Source of the DNA: an uncultured Prevotellaceae bacterium
GTDB lineage: Bacteria > Bacteroidota > Bacteroidia > Bacteroidales > Muribaculaceae
NCBI GenBank assembly: GCA_900318065.1
Contig: ONIY01000004.1
Coordinates: forward strand, 41,721 to 105,720
DNA: 64,000 nucleotides
Direction of reading: 5' to 3'
The notes below the pieces were generated by a model, which saw only the letters and a list, made by a program, of their open reading frames with translations, did no database searches and had not been told where the DNA came from. A program made the position numbers and the translations under genes. Numbering within the stretch: the stretch's first letter is position 1; every line of letters begins with the position of its first letter. Shown piece after piece: positions 9,874-19,309 of this stretch.

Positions 9874-10235
9874 GTTGTTGCTCCTTTTTTGGCGATGTCG
9901 CCCTCTATAATATGGTTAACATCACTTTTGCGATACCGGCGTTTCCCGCCCACGTTGATGGGAACGAGATAACCGGCTTTTCGCCATCTCCACAATGTGC
10001 CACGGCACACGCCGAACATCTCCATCACTTTCTCAATGCTCAAATATGTTTCGGCGTTCTGGTCGGCAATGGTCTGCTCCAACTCACTTTTGACGTTAGA
10101 GATAAGAATGTTGCCGAACTCAACCAATTCGCCCAACTTAACAGACACTATCATGTCGGGGCATTCTTTTGATAACTTTATTAAATCCTTTGTCATAATA
10201 TTATTGAATTTAATAACCCGGCTCTCCCCATGCAC
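9870..10235 (-). CDS. Excisionase-like MerR/HTH_17 DNA-binding protein
   Basis: YLSIEKVMEMFGVCRGTLWRWRKAGYLVPINVGGKRRYRKSDV; 4-bp overlap with the next gene. Confidence 0.8.
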   Translation of the reverse strand: MHGESRVIKFNNIMTKDLIKLSKECPDMIVSVKLGELVEFGNILISNVKSELEQTIADQNAETYLSIEKVMEMFGVCRGTLWRWRKAGYLVPINVGGKRRYRKSDVNHIIEGDIAKKGATT

Positions 10236-10349
10236 TCACCGATGGCGCATTTCGTTTGCCGTATGGTCTTGATGGTGTCGGTGTTCGCCAATCTCGACAC
10301 GGCAAAGGTAGCACAATGTTCTATTGGCGTGAAAATGGGGATGGTTACA

Positions 10350-10377
10350 AACAAAAAAGACGTTGAAAAACAACGCC
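10350..10377 (-). terminator. Intrinsic terminator after the 219-aa gene
   Basis: Minus strand GGCGTTG-TTTTT-CAACGTC-TTTTTTGTT. Confidence 0.7.
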
Positions 10378-10420
10378 TTAATCATAATATTGGGGATTAG
10401 TATTGGGGATTAAATGGGGA

Positions 10421-11080
10421 TTAATCCAAATAATAAAACATTCGCCTAATTGTGTCGCTTGGTTGATACTTATTCTTGTGATTTTCTTTTGGGCATTCAC
10501 GACCGATTATGTCAAAAAACTCTCTAAACCATTTGGTGAAAGTTGATGGTTTTTTAATAAAGCAACTGCATTCAAAAATCATAACGGCGACCATTCCCAA
10601 TTCCCTGCCAACTTTGATTGTTTGAATGTCATTAACTAAATCGACAAAGTGATTGGGGTTGCTCCCACAACCTTTGAATTTGGCATTAAAGAACGAACCC
10701 AATCGTTCCTCATCAATAGATAACGAGCCGTTGACCTCATCGTTGTTGTTGGCAAACCACTCTCTCAACCATCTCACTTGAATGTCGTTTAATGGTTGTG
10801 TTTGCTTGTTTACGGCGGTTATTTCTCCATTGGCGACCAACAACTCATCTTCAATATTTTTCATCGAAACATCGTGTTTTTTGCGCCATTCTGCACAATC
10901 AGGCGTTGCAAATTCGGTGGACAATATCGCATCGAAAACGACCCTATCAGGCGAGGATTTCAGCTTTATAATAACCTCGTCACACCAACATCGAAACAAC
11001 GATGTCGGCAATTTCCCGGTACGTTCTTTTATCTCTCGGTTTATTTCGGCAATGCGTTGAGGTGTCAATTTGCTTTTCAT
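10421..11080 (-). CDS. Hypothetical protein (element-encoded)
   Basis: 219-aa ORF with 4-bp overlap to the upstream gene; no motif recognised. Confidence 0.7.
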   Translation of the reverse strand: MKSKLTPQRIAEINREIKERTGKLPTSLFRCWCDEVIIKLKSSPDRVVFDAILSTEFATPDCAEWRKKHDVSMKNIEDELLVANGEITAVNKQTQPLNDIQVRWLREWFANNNDEVNGSLSIDEERLGSFFNAKFKGCGSNPNHFVDLVNDIQTIKVGRELGMVAVMIFECSCFIKKPSTFTKWFREFFDIIGRECPKENHKNKYQPSDTIRRMFYYLD

Positions 11081-11463
11081 GGCTCTATCACTTTTTTAAC
11101 GATTGATATTTCTTTGATTTCATCAATGGGCAACTCAATGGTCATGTCGGGGTTGAACATTCGCATGACAACGAACCACCCATTTTCAACGGCAACGAGT
11201 TGTTTAACCAATGCGTGATTGATGTTTAGCGAGTTGGGAACGTATGGCTCAACCATAACGATTTCGTTCTGGTAGGCGTGCCAATTACGAATGAACTCAC
11301 GCCTCTCAATGTGTTGCGCCAATAGCATGTCGCCATCTTTAATTCTAATCGGGCAATCGTCATGGTTCAGGCAATCGCCCTTGATGGTAAAAGCGAAATA
11401 ATTATGGTCGGCGTTATATCCAGGAATGTCGCTTGTTTTGATGTCGATATTATCTTTGTGCAT
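11077..11463 (-). CDS. Stand-alone S24/LexA-like peptidase domain protein
   Basis: FAFTIKGDCL...IKDGDMLL...ALVKQL resembles the S24 pattern (GDSM, GD, vKr); no N-terminal HTH. Confidence 0.6.
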   Translation of the reverse strand: MHKDNIDIKTSDIPGYNADHNYFAFTIKGDCLNHDDCPIRIKDGDMLLAQHIERREFIRNWHAYQNEIVMVEPYVPNSLNINHALVKQLVAVENGWFVVMRMFNPDMTIELPIDEIKEISIVKKVIEP

Positions 11464-11567
11464 ATTCGTTCAATTTTGGGGTTGAGGTTGTAGGCGTGTT
11501 TCTCGTTCAACCCTCATGGGCATTGACTTTTGAGCAACTACAACCTACAACCCTACAACCAACGTTA

Positions 11568-12902
11568 TTACTCTAACATGGTTACCAACTCACGGCTCGT
11601 TTCTTCATCAATCTCACGGTAACGGCTGAACGCCCTCGACCCCTCTTTGTGTCCTGATAGCTTACCAATCAAATTCGGGTCTTTCACTTTCTTATAGAGG
11701 TTGCCAACGAAACAACGGCGTGCGAGGTGACTGCTTGCAATGTCACAGATGGGTCGTTGTTCTTCTTCTCTGGTGGTGGGGTTTATCACGGTTACAATCC
11801 GGGTCAATCCCGACAACCTGAACATGGTTTTGATGTCACGATTGTACTGTTGTTGTGTTGTCAGCTTGAACAACTTTACTTTGTCAAAGTCTTTATATCT
11901 CTCCACGATTTCGGTGGCGATGGCATTCAAGGGAACACGAACCGTGATGGCTCTTCCCTCTTTGGTCTTTCGGGGAATGTACTCAATTGCACCATTAACG
12001 AGATTGCTCTTGGTCATCGCCCATAAATCACTCACACGGCAACCAATCAGGCATTGGAACACAAATATATCTCGTTGGCGTGCGAGGTCGGGATTGTCGC
12101 TGAAATCAAAATTGTAAAGCTGATTACGTTCCTCGATGGTGATATAATACGGCGTACCATAAACACATTCGGCAATCGTGAAATGCTTGAATGGGTTGGT
12201 GGTGGTATAATCGTTTTCATTCGCCCAAATGTAGAATGAACGCAATCTAATCATAAAATCATTGATGGTGTTCTTCCCCCTGGGTTGAGGCGTACGAGTT
12301 TCAGGAACGGCGGTTAAAACCTTTTGATATTTCTTTTGGTCAACCAACTTATGTTCATCAGCAAGAAATTTCTCAAAATCTCGCAATGTGTCGGCGGTGA
12401 TGTTTTCAAATGTGAACGACAACCCTTTGAATATCTCGTATCGTTTCAATGTTCGCCAGATAACACGGTTCTGCTTACGGCGGTGGTCGCTGAACTTATG
12501 GGTGTCGATATAATGTTCATAGACATCAAAGAATGAATGTTGAGATTGCTCCCCATCGGTGGCGGTTGGGAAATTGAACCCATCAATCAGGGATTTCAAC
12601 CAATCTTTCGCCACGTTGCTTTTGTCGATTGCCTGGAATGACGACTGAACCAATGACGTGATTTCATTGAGGCGGTCAATCTTTTTGTGTAACTCATTTA
12701 TAAGTTGCTTTTTCTCATCTGTGAGCAATCTCGCATTGGGAATTTTAATGCTTTTGGTGTCATTGCTCCAATGGTCGGGGTGAACGAACACGTTGGTTTT
12801 TGCGTATTGGTCAACTTTGCCGTGACGAAAACGCATCAAGATTTCATGTTGGTTGGTCTGCTTGTCGGTCTTTGCCGAAAGTCTTAATGTGATTGTTGCC
12901 AT
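11568..12902 (-). CDS. Tyrosine recombinase/integrase (Bacteroidales IntDOT/IntN1-like)
   Basis: N-terminal arm-binding-like domain; catalytic R (GCRVSD), K (RKTK), HxxR (HLARR), LSGH and Y (SRY). Confidence 0.95.
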   Translation of the reverse strand: MATITLRLSAKTDKQTNQHEILMRFRHGKVDQYAKTNVFVHPDHWSNDTKSIKIPNARLLTDEKKQLINELHKKIDRLNEITSLVQSSFQAIDKSNVAKDWLKSLIDGFNFPTATDGEQSQHSFFDVYEHYIDTHKFSDHRRKQNRVIWRTLKRYEIFKGLSFTFENITADTLRDFEKFLADEHKLVDQKKYQKVLTAVPETRTPQPRGKNTINDFMIRLRSFYIWANENDYTTTNPFKHFTIAECVYGTPYYITIEERNQLYNFDFSDNPDLARQRDIFVFQCLIGCRVSDLWAMTKSNLVNGAIEYIPRKTKEGRAITVRVPLNAIATEIVERYKDFDKVKLFKLTTQQQYNRDIKTMFRLSGLTRIVTVINPTTREEEQRPICDIASSHLARRCFVGNLYKKVKDPNLIGKLSGHKEGSRAFSRYREIDEETSRELVTMLE

Positions 12903-13126
12903 AATTCTGTATAATTTAAATGTGATGGTACAAAATTAGGCATTTATCCCCACATATCAAAATTTTTCCCCACTTTTTCCCCACTTTTTTTGAACATAAT
13001 TCAACACGGATAAACAAGTTTAGACAAACAAAATATCGCTAAATTGCTGATATATGTTAAGTTAAATTTGTAAGTTGGTGTTTCTCGGCAATCTCGCAAA
13101 TTACCCATGTTTAATATTTTTGGTCA

Positions 13127-13139
13127 CGGCTCTGGGTAC
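13127..13139 (+). repeat. att core, distal copy
   Basis: CGGCTCTGGGTAC duplicate of the tRNA 3' end. Confidence 0.88.
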
Positions 13140-13149
13140 GCTTGAAGGT

Positions 13150-13185
13150 GCCAATCGTTTGAATTTCAAATGGTTGGCTTTTTTT
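13150..13185 (+). terminator. Hairpin-polyT, probably the original tRNA terminator displaced by the insertion
   Basis: GCCAATCGTTTGA...TCAAATGGTTGGC followed by a T run, 10 nt after the distal att copy. Confidence 0.65.
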
Positions 13186-13324
13186 ATTGCTATTTTTGGC
13201 GACTTTTTGGCGAGATCAGGAAAAATCAGCCGTTTTCAAAGAAATCTCGAAAACGGCTGATTTTTCTTTCGTATTTTGGTGATTTCTCTGCTACTCTAAC
13301 GGACTTTTATCGGCCTCCCAAAAA

Positions 13325-14515
13325 TTATCCTTGCAGGCGGGCGACGGCGGTGCGCAGTTGTTCCATGGCCTTGGTGAGCAGTGCTCTTGGGGTTCCCACG
13401 TTGAGGCGCATGTGGCAGTAGCCTGGCACGCCATAGATCTCGCCGTCGTTGAGTCCCAGGTGGGCTTCCTCGACAAAGAATCTCACGAGCTGGCGATGGT
13501 CAAGTCCCAGCTTGCGGCAGTCGAGCCACATCAGGAACGATGCCTGTGGCTTGATGGCGTAGATGCCGGGGATGTTCTCCTTGCAATAGTCGGCGACGTA
13601 GAGCACGTTCTGCTCAATGTATTTCTTGCATGCTTCGAGCCATGGCTCGCACTTGCTGTATCCCACCTCGGTGGCGAGCAGCGAGGGGATGTTGGCGTTG
13701 CACAGTTCGTTCACCTCAATCCATCGGTAGAACTCGGTGCGCAGCTCGGGGTTCTTGATGACCATCCAGGTGCTCTTCAGGCCTGGGATGTTGAACGTTT
13801 TGCCTGGCGAGCCGCAGGTGATGGTGACGGCGGCGGCGTCGTCGCTCACGGTGGCCAGCGGGGTGTGCTTGTGGCCAAAGAGGGTGATGTCGCCAAACAC
13901 CTCGTCGCTGAAGAGGATCACATTGTGCTTGCGTGCAAGCGCGGCCACTTGCTGGAGTTCTTCTTTTTTCCACACTATGCCAATGGGGTTCTGTGGGTTG
14001 CACACCACCATGATGCGTGGCTTTTGCTCAACGAACACGCGCTCCAGGTCGTCGAGGTCCATGCGATAGAAGTGGTCGCCAGTGGGCACCAGGTTGTTGC
14101 GCACTGCCAGGCGATGGTTGCCTTCTATCACGTCTTTGAAGTCGTAGTACACTGGTTCCTGCAGCACCACTCTGTCGCCAGGACGGGTGAAGAAGTTCAG
14201 TACCATTCCCAGGGCGGGCATTCCGCCGGGCATGAACGTCATTTCCTCGCGGCTTATCTCGAAGCCGTTGCGCCTGCGCTGCCAGTCGATGATGGATTGC
14301 CAGTACTCGTCGTAGGTGTTGGTATAGCCATAGATGGGATGCTCGCCCAGGCGCTTTACCAGTGCCTCGCTAATCTCGGGGCAAACGGCAAAGTCCATGT
14401 CGGCAATCCATAGAGGCAACAGGTCGCTACTGCCAAATTCCGAGATGAGATTGTCGGTCCTCTTGCAGTGGGTATTGCGACGGTCTATCACTGTGTCAAA
14501 ATCATAATGGGTCAT
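13325..14515 (-). CDS. MalY/PatB family PLP-dependent C-S lyase
   Basis: PLWIADMDF, CNPQNPIG, SDEVFGD, SPGKTFNIPGL motifs. Confidence 0.92.
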   Translation of the reverse strand: MTHYDFDTVIDRRNTHCKRTDNLISEFGSSDLLPLWIADMDFAVCPEISEALVKRLGEHPIYGYTNTYDEYWQSIIDWQRRRNGFEISREEMTFMPGGMPALGMVLNFFTRPGDRVVLQEPVYYDFKDVIEGNHRLAVRNNLVPTGDHFYRMDLDDLERVFVEQKPRIMVVCNPQNPIGIVWKKEELQQVAALARKHNVILFSDEVFGDITLFGHKHTPLATVSDDAAAVTITCGSPGKTFNIPGLKSTWMVIKNPELRTEFYRWIEVNELCNANIPSLLATEVGYSKCEPWLEACKKYIEQNVLYVADYCKENIPGIYAIKPQASFLMWLDCRKLGLDHRQLVRFFVEEAHLGLNDGEIYGVPGYCHMRLNVGTPRALLTKAMEQLRTAVARLQG

Positions 14516-14613
14516 AGTAAAAATTTTTGTTTATTGTTTGTTTATAGTTTATTGTTTGTAGTTTATAGTTTATGGAAGTAGGAAGCGTAGGAAATAAAAT
14601 AACATCCTGATTT

Positions 14614-15153
14614 TTACTTGTCTTTCAGGTTCTTGAGGTGAGTTTTTAGGAGTTTGACCGCTTGACCGTAAGGGCTAGTGGTGACACTGGCGAAATAGGC
14701 AGCCATTGTGGTGGTGTAGGTGCACTTGTAGAAACCCTTGGTGAACAGTTCTTCTTGGGTGAAACTCTGGACAAGTTGAATCATTTCTTTATGAGTTTCT
14801 TCAAGTAGTTCTTGTGCTTTGCCGAATGAGGTTTTTTGATGCTTTTCTACCAGCATACGGTCCATTTCGTGGTAGTTCTTGCGGTACTCGTCGGGCAAGT
14901 AGTCACGTTGCTGCCCATTGCGGATGTTGCCTACAAACTCACGCATGAGTACTTGCCACTCGTGGAGATGGATGAGGAGGTCGCGGGCACAACGGTCATA
15001 AATCCATCGTGCGCCGCATTTCTTGGGGTCGCTGGCAAACTGGAACTGAGCATTGAGTTCCTCACTTGTCATTTTGCTTATTTGTTCATTGAGTTTAATA
15101 TAACTGTCGGCCATTGCGACAATCAGTTCTTCTTTGGTTTTCGGACTTGCCAT
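14614..15153 (-). CDS. ClbS/DfsB (DUF1706)-like four-helix bundle protein
   Basis: MASPKTKEELI start and RDLLIHLHEWQ motif. Confidence 0.7.
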   Translation of the reverse strand: MASPKTKEELIVAMADSYIKLNEQISKMTSEELNAQFQFASDPKKCGARWIYDRCARDLLIHLHEWQVLMREFVGNIRNGQQRDYLPDEYRKNYHEMDRMLVEKHQKTSFGKAQELLEETHKEMIQLVQSFTQEELFTKGFYKCTYTTTMAAYFASVTTSPYGQAVKLLKTHLKNLKDK

Positions 15154-15191
15154 GAGATATATCTTTAAGACGTTTATAAAAACTCTATTTT

Positions 15192-16874
15192 TTACATATA
15201 CGAAGTATCCAATTTGTCGGTGGGAGGCACTTCGTAGCGCTTGCCGGTTGACTTGTGAATCTGGCGGCGGGCTTTGGGCGACATTCCTGGGCGCTCAAGG
15301 CGTGGGCGGAATCCGCTGGAGTTGCGCTTGTACACGCCATTCTCGTCTTCGAGGCGAATCACCCCGTCGTTGTATTTCACAATCATGTGATAGGCCATCT
15401 GCCGCCAGCGTGTCACCATCTTGTTGCCTGCTTGGTCGCCATAGGTGGTGAGCAGGTCGATGGCCTTGTCGCGGTTGCTAGGCAACAAGGCAAGTGCTCG
15501 CTTCTCAATCTCATCCTGATGAGCAAAGTAGCTGGCTTGCAGTGAGTCGCGCACTTGCTCGAGCTCGGGATAGAGCAGGCTCCAGCGTGGATACACCATG
15601 TTGCTCACCCAGTTGCACACCCAGTAGGCGCTCTCGTCGCTAAAGTGGAACGCATCGGCCTCGGGCACGTTGTAGCAATGAGGCACGCGGGTAGAGCAGC
15701 AGTACACTGGGGTGTAGGTCACCATTGCGCTGTCGTCGTTGCCCCACCACATCACGCCGCCCACCTCGCGCGGCATGAAGCTGCGCAGCTGGCACACGAA
15801 GGTAAATGCGGTGTGGGCTGTCGACACCGCACGCTCATTGAACATGGTGGTGCCGTTGTCGTCGTAGCGCAGCGGCTGCGGGCGGAATGGCGTGTCGTAG
15901 ATTCCCGCTCCGGGGTCGTCCTCATCGTTGAAGGAGAACGGAGTGCCCTCCAGGTGGTCGCGCAGGCATTCTATCACGGTGTTCACGCTCAGCGGTTTGT
16001 CGGGGATAATCCACATGGGCAGAGGCTCTACCTCGCTCATGGGCTTGATGCCCTCAACGTAGGGGATGTATCGGTCCATTCCCGTGGTGAGACGGCGGTA
16101 GATTGACCACACGCGCATGTCGCCCAGGCGTCGGCCGCCAAAGGTGGGCGGATTGTAGGCGTCGCAAAAGCTGAACTCGCTGTCTTTGCCCTTGAAATAT
16201 CCTCGTTGGCGTGCAAAGGCGATGCAGTTGCGCGACATCTTCACGTTGGCGGTGTCGGTGATGTCAACCTGGCGAATGCGGCTCTGGTTGGAGTGAGCCA
16301 TCACGGCATTGTCGGGCACGCGCACTGCCATCCACACCACGCCCTTGCTGCCGGGACCGCACCCTATCATCTCAAGAATCCACGCCTCGCTGGGGTCGCA
16401 CACGGTGAACGACTCGCCTGAACTCTCAAAGCCATACTTCTCTACTAGGCTAGTCATCACACTGATGGCTTCTCGCGCCGAGCGGGCACGCTGCAGCCCC
16501 AGGTCCATGAGCGAACCATAGTCGATGATGCCTGTGGTGTCGATGAGTTCCTCGCGGCCGTCAAAGGTTGTCTCGCCTATGACCACCTGCCACTCGTTGA
16601 TGTTGCCGTTTACTAGATAGGTGACAGGAGCCTCAGGAATCTGCCCGTGATAAACTCGCGTGTCGCGGTCATAAATCTTGCGCATGGTGCCGGCAGGATG
16701 CTTCCCAGCCTCGTAGCGGTACATCTTGTGCATTGCTCCCCAGGAGTCGATGTTATAAGTACACATTACCGAGCCATCTACACTCGCTTTCTTGCCCACA
16801 AGAATGCTCGTGCAGGCTTCGCTGTGCGGCAGGCACAATGCTATCGCCGCCATGATTAACAATAATTTCTTCAT
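15192..16874 (-). CDS. C69 family dipeptidase (Ntn hydrolase)
   Basis: Signal peptide then CTSILVGKKASVDGS; NEWQVVIGETTF motif. Confidence 0.92.
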   Translation of the reverse strand: MKKLLLIMAAIALCLPHSEACTSILVGKKASVDGSVMCTYNIDSWGAMHKMYRYEAGKHPAGTMRKIYDRDTRVYHGQIPEAPVTYLVNGNINEWQVVIGETTFDGREELIDTTGIIDYGSLMDLGLQRARSAREAISVMTSLVEKYGFESSGESFTVCDPSEAWILEMIGCGPGSKGVVWMAVRVPDNAVMAHSNQSRIRQVDITDTANVKMSRNCIAFARQRGYFKGKDSEFSFCDAYNPPTFGGRRLGDMRVWSIYRRLTTGMDRYIPYVEGIKPMSEVEPLPMWIIPDKPLSVNTVIECLRDHLEGTPFSFNDEDDPGAGIYDTPFRPQPLRYDDNGTTMFNERAVSTAHTAFTFVCQLRSFMPREVGGVMWWGNDDSAMVTYTPVYCCSTRVPHCYNVPEADAFHFSDESAYWVCNWVSNMVYPRWSLLYPELEQVRDSLQASYFAHQDEIEKRALALLPSNRDKAIDLLTTYGDQAGNKMVTRWRQMAYHMIVKYNDGVIRLEDENGVYKRNSSGFRPRLERPGMSPKARRQIHKSTGKRYEVPPTDKLDTSYM

Positions 16875-17055
16875 CAGTATTCTTATTATAATTAATATTC
16901 AAGTTGCCAAGACTAGCCTTGGTTTTGCAAAGGTAGTGATTTTTTGCTTGCCAGTAAAAAACAAAGCCAATAATGATGGGCATAAAGTTTTTTTGACTAA
17001 CTTTGCAAAAAAATGAGAAGGCCCATTTACTTGACTTATAAATAACAACCCGATA

Positions 17056-17481
17056 CTGGAAAATTTCAAACTATATAAGAGCGAGAAGCTGTGCAGCAAG
17101 ATTGAGATTGAAAAGCTGTACGCTCAAGGGACATCGGTCATTGCCTATCCACTTAGGGCGGTGTGGCTTGCTGTGCCGTGTTCTGAGCAACCTGCTGGCG
17201 ACAAGCGTGCGATGGCCCGGTTTCTCATTTCCATCCCCAAGAAGCGCGTGCGCCATGCCGTGGACCGAGTGCTGCTGCGACGGCGTGCACGTGAGGCCTA
17301 TCGCCTGAACCGCGACTTGCTATATCCTGTAGCCCAAGAGCATGGCATGACGGTGCTCATAGGCTTCAACTGGATTGCCAACCATCACTACAGTTACTCG
17401 ACCATCGAGCGCAGCATGCAGGAACTGCTGCGCAAGATTTCAACAGCTATCGCTGGCGAGAAGTTAGCCATTGAGAAATGA
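17056..17481 (+). CDS. rnpA: Ribonuclease P protein component (start codon uncertain, probably CTG)
   Basis: [19 protein letters not shown] upstream in frame; [31 protein letters not shown]-like motif; in-frame TGA at 17032 and no ATG before the conserved N-terminus. Confidence 0.88.
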   Translation: MENFKLYKSEKLCSKIEIEKLYAQGTSVIAYPLRAVWLAVPCSEQPAGDKRAMARFLISIPKKRVRHAVDRVLLRRRAREAYRLNRDLLYPVAQEHGMTVLIGFNWIANHHYSYSTIERSMQELLRKISTAIAGEKLAIEK

Positions 17482-18344
17482 AACTGAGTGTGACCAATAT
17501 AGCCAAGCAGTTGCTCATACTGCCCATCAAGTTCTACCAGCGTTGCATTTCGCCGCTCACGCCCCCAGTGTGCCGTTACCATCCCACCTGCAGCCACTAT
17601 GCCGTGGAGGCTATCCAGACTCACGGCCCCATCGAGGGCTTGTGGCTAGGCTTTAAGCGCATCTTGAGCTGCAACCCCTTTGGCGGTCACGGCTACGACC
17701 CGGTGCCGCCTGTCATCACCAATTTCCATAGCCACGACACCAGCGCCCAGCAGGCGTTGATAAGCGTTGATGTCGATGAGTTCCAGCCCACAGAGGGCAA
17801 GTACTACTCGGTGGGCATTCATCCCTGGCACGTGGGCGACGACTGGCAGGAAAAGGTGGAGCGCCTCAAGCAAGTGGCGCAGCACTATCTTGTGGTGGCG
17901 ATAGGCGAGACGGGGCTCGACTCGCTCAAGGGCGCTCCGCTCGACCTTCAGCAGCAGGTGATGCAGGAGGTGATAAACATTGCGGCTGCAACGGGCAAAC
18001 CCTTAATCATCCACTGCGTGCGCACCTCGCAGCAGGTGCTCAAGTTGTGGCGCGACAATCCTCATGCCCACAATGTGGCGTGGGTGATACATGGCTTTCG
18101 TGGCAACGAGAATGTGGCGCGTGAGCTGCTTGACGCGGGTTTCTACCTGTCGTTTGGCGCAAAATACAACGAGGCAGCCCTCGCTATCACGCCACTCGAC
18201 CACTTGCTGCTCGAGACCGACGATGAGCCACCGGCTGTCATCGACCAGGTGATCAAAGCCGTGGCCCGCGTCAAGCAGTGCAGCCAGTGGCGACTGCGCC
18301 GCACCGTGCGCCGCACCGCATTGAGAATAATAAAGTATAAATAA
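17478..18344 (+). CDS. yidD: YidD (membrane insertion efficiency factor) - TatD-family nuclease fusion
   Basis: N-terminal [34 protein letters not shown] followed without a stop by TatD motifs [28 protein letters not shown]. Confidence 0.88.
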   Translation: MKLSVTNIAKQLLILPIKFYQRCISPLTPPVCRYHPTCSHYAVEAIQTHGPIEGLWLGFKRILSCNPFGGHGYDPVPPVITNFHSHDTSAQQALISVDVDEFQPTEGKYYSVGIHPWHVGDDWQEKVERLKQVAQHYLVVAIGETGLDSLKGAPLDLQQQVMQEVINIAAATGKPLIIHCVRTSQQVLKLWRDNPHAHNVAWVIHGFRGNENVARELLDAGFYLSFGAKYNEAALAITPLDHLLLETDDEPPAVIDQVIKAVARVKQCSQWRLRRTVRRTALRIIKYK

Positions 18345-18490
18345 TGATTTCATCTTCAGGGCCAATGACGAAAAAAGTGCTTTAATCTTGTGTTTCACGT
18401 AAGGTATTACTGCTTAAGCAGTTAATATGCTTCACACTTCATGGCAAAAAACGATTATCAAGTATAAATATAGAATACTTTTACCTAAAT

Positions 18491-19297
18491 ATGAATGATA
18501 GCTTAACAACAAATATAAATCCTCTTGTTACGGTAATCGTTCCTGCATATAACATGGAGAATTATATTGAGGAATGTGTCGATTCTATTTTGCAATCCAC
18601 CTACTCTCCTTTAGAAATTGTTATCATTGATGATGGGTCGACCGACAATACTTTTCATGTGGCGCAAAAAATAGCCTCGCATCACGAAATAGTGAGAGTT
18701 ATGACTCAACCCAATAAGGGGGTCAGCTATGCTCGCAACAATGCCATTGAAGTTGCCAGGGGAGAACTAATTCTCCCTGTTGATGCCGATGATAAAATAG
18801 CTCCCGACTATATAGGTCTCGCTGTAGAGCAATTCCTATTAGACGACACCGTAAAGGTTGTTACTTCTCATGGCGAATTCTTCGGTAATAGGACTGGAGT
18901 ATGGATTCTACCGCCTTTTGACCGGCATTTGCTTGCGATTCGCAACCTAATTAGTGTGTGCGCGATGTATCGCAAGAGCGATTGGGAGCGTGTGGGAGGA
19001 TATTGCACCTACATAAAAGGCCTTGAAGACTGGGATTTTTGGATTTCTATGCTCAAAGATGACGGGAAAGTGGTCTGTATCAATAAAGTGGGATTCTATT
19101 ACCGCATTCGTACTAACTCCAAACGCATTAACGACCGCAAATACAAGTCATCGGTTGTAGCAACCCTTAATGAGCGGCATCATGAATATTTCCAACGCGA
19201 ACTCGGAGGCCCTCTTCATCTACATCGCTCTTGGTCGAGAACTCTCAATCACATGAATTATTGGAGAAAAAAGTTATTTCGTAAAAGCATTATATAA
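18491..19297 (+). CDS. GT2 glycosyltransferase
   Basis: VTVIVPAYN, IIDDGSTD, VDADD, EDWDFW motifs. Confidence 0.92.
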   Translation: MNDSLTTNINPLVTVIVPAYNMENYIEECVDSILQSTYSPLEIVIIDDGSTDNTFHVAQKIASHHEIVRVMTQPNKGVSYARNNAIEVARGELILPVDADDKIAPDYIGLAVEQFLLDDTVKVVTSHGEFFGNRTGVWILPPFDRHLLAIRNLISVCAMYRKSDWERVGGYCTYIKGLEDWDFWISMLKDDGKVVCINKVGFYYRIRTNSKRINDRKYKSSVVATLNERHHEYFQRELGGPLHLHRSWSRTLNHMNYWRKKLFRKSII

Positions 19298-19309
19298 TAA
19301 CATCATTTC

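Larger units (their letters stand above)
5510..13139 (-). mobile_element. 7.6 kb tRNA-Leu-integrated element with integrase, replication and terminase genes (candidate phage satellite)
   Basis: 13-bp att direct repeat; tyrosine integrase; visibly more AT-rich than flanks; all nine genes on the minus strand; CCCCACTT motifs near both ends. Confidence 0.9.

Noticed and set aside
5510-13139. Complete prophage or mobilisable transposon
   Set aside because: No portal, capsid, tail or lysis genes and no relaxase within the att boundaries.
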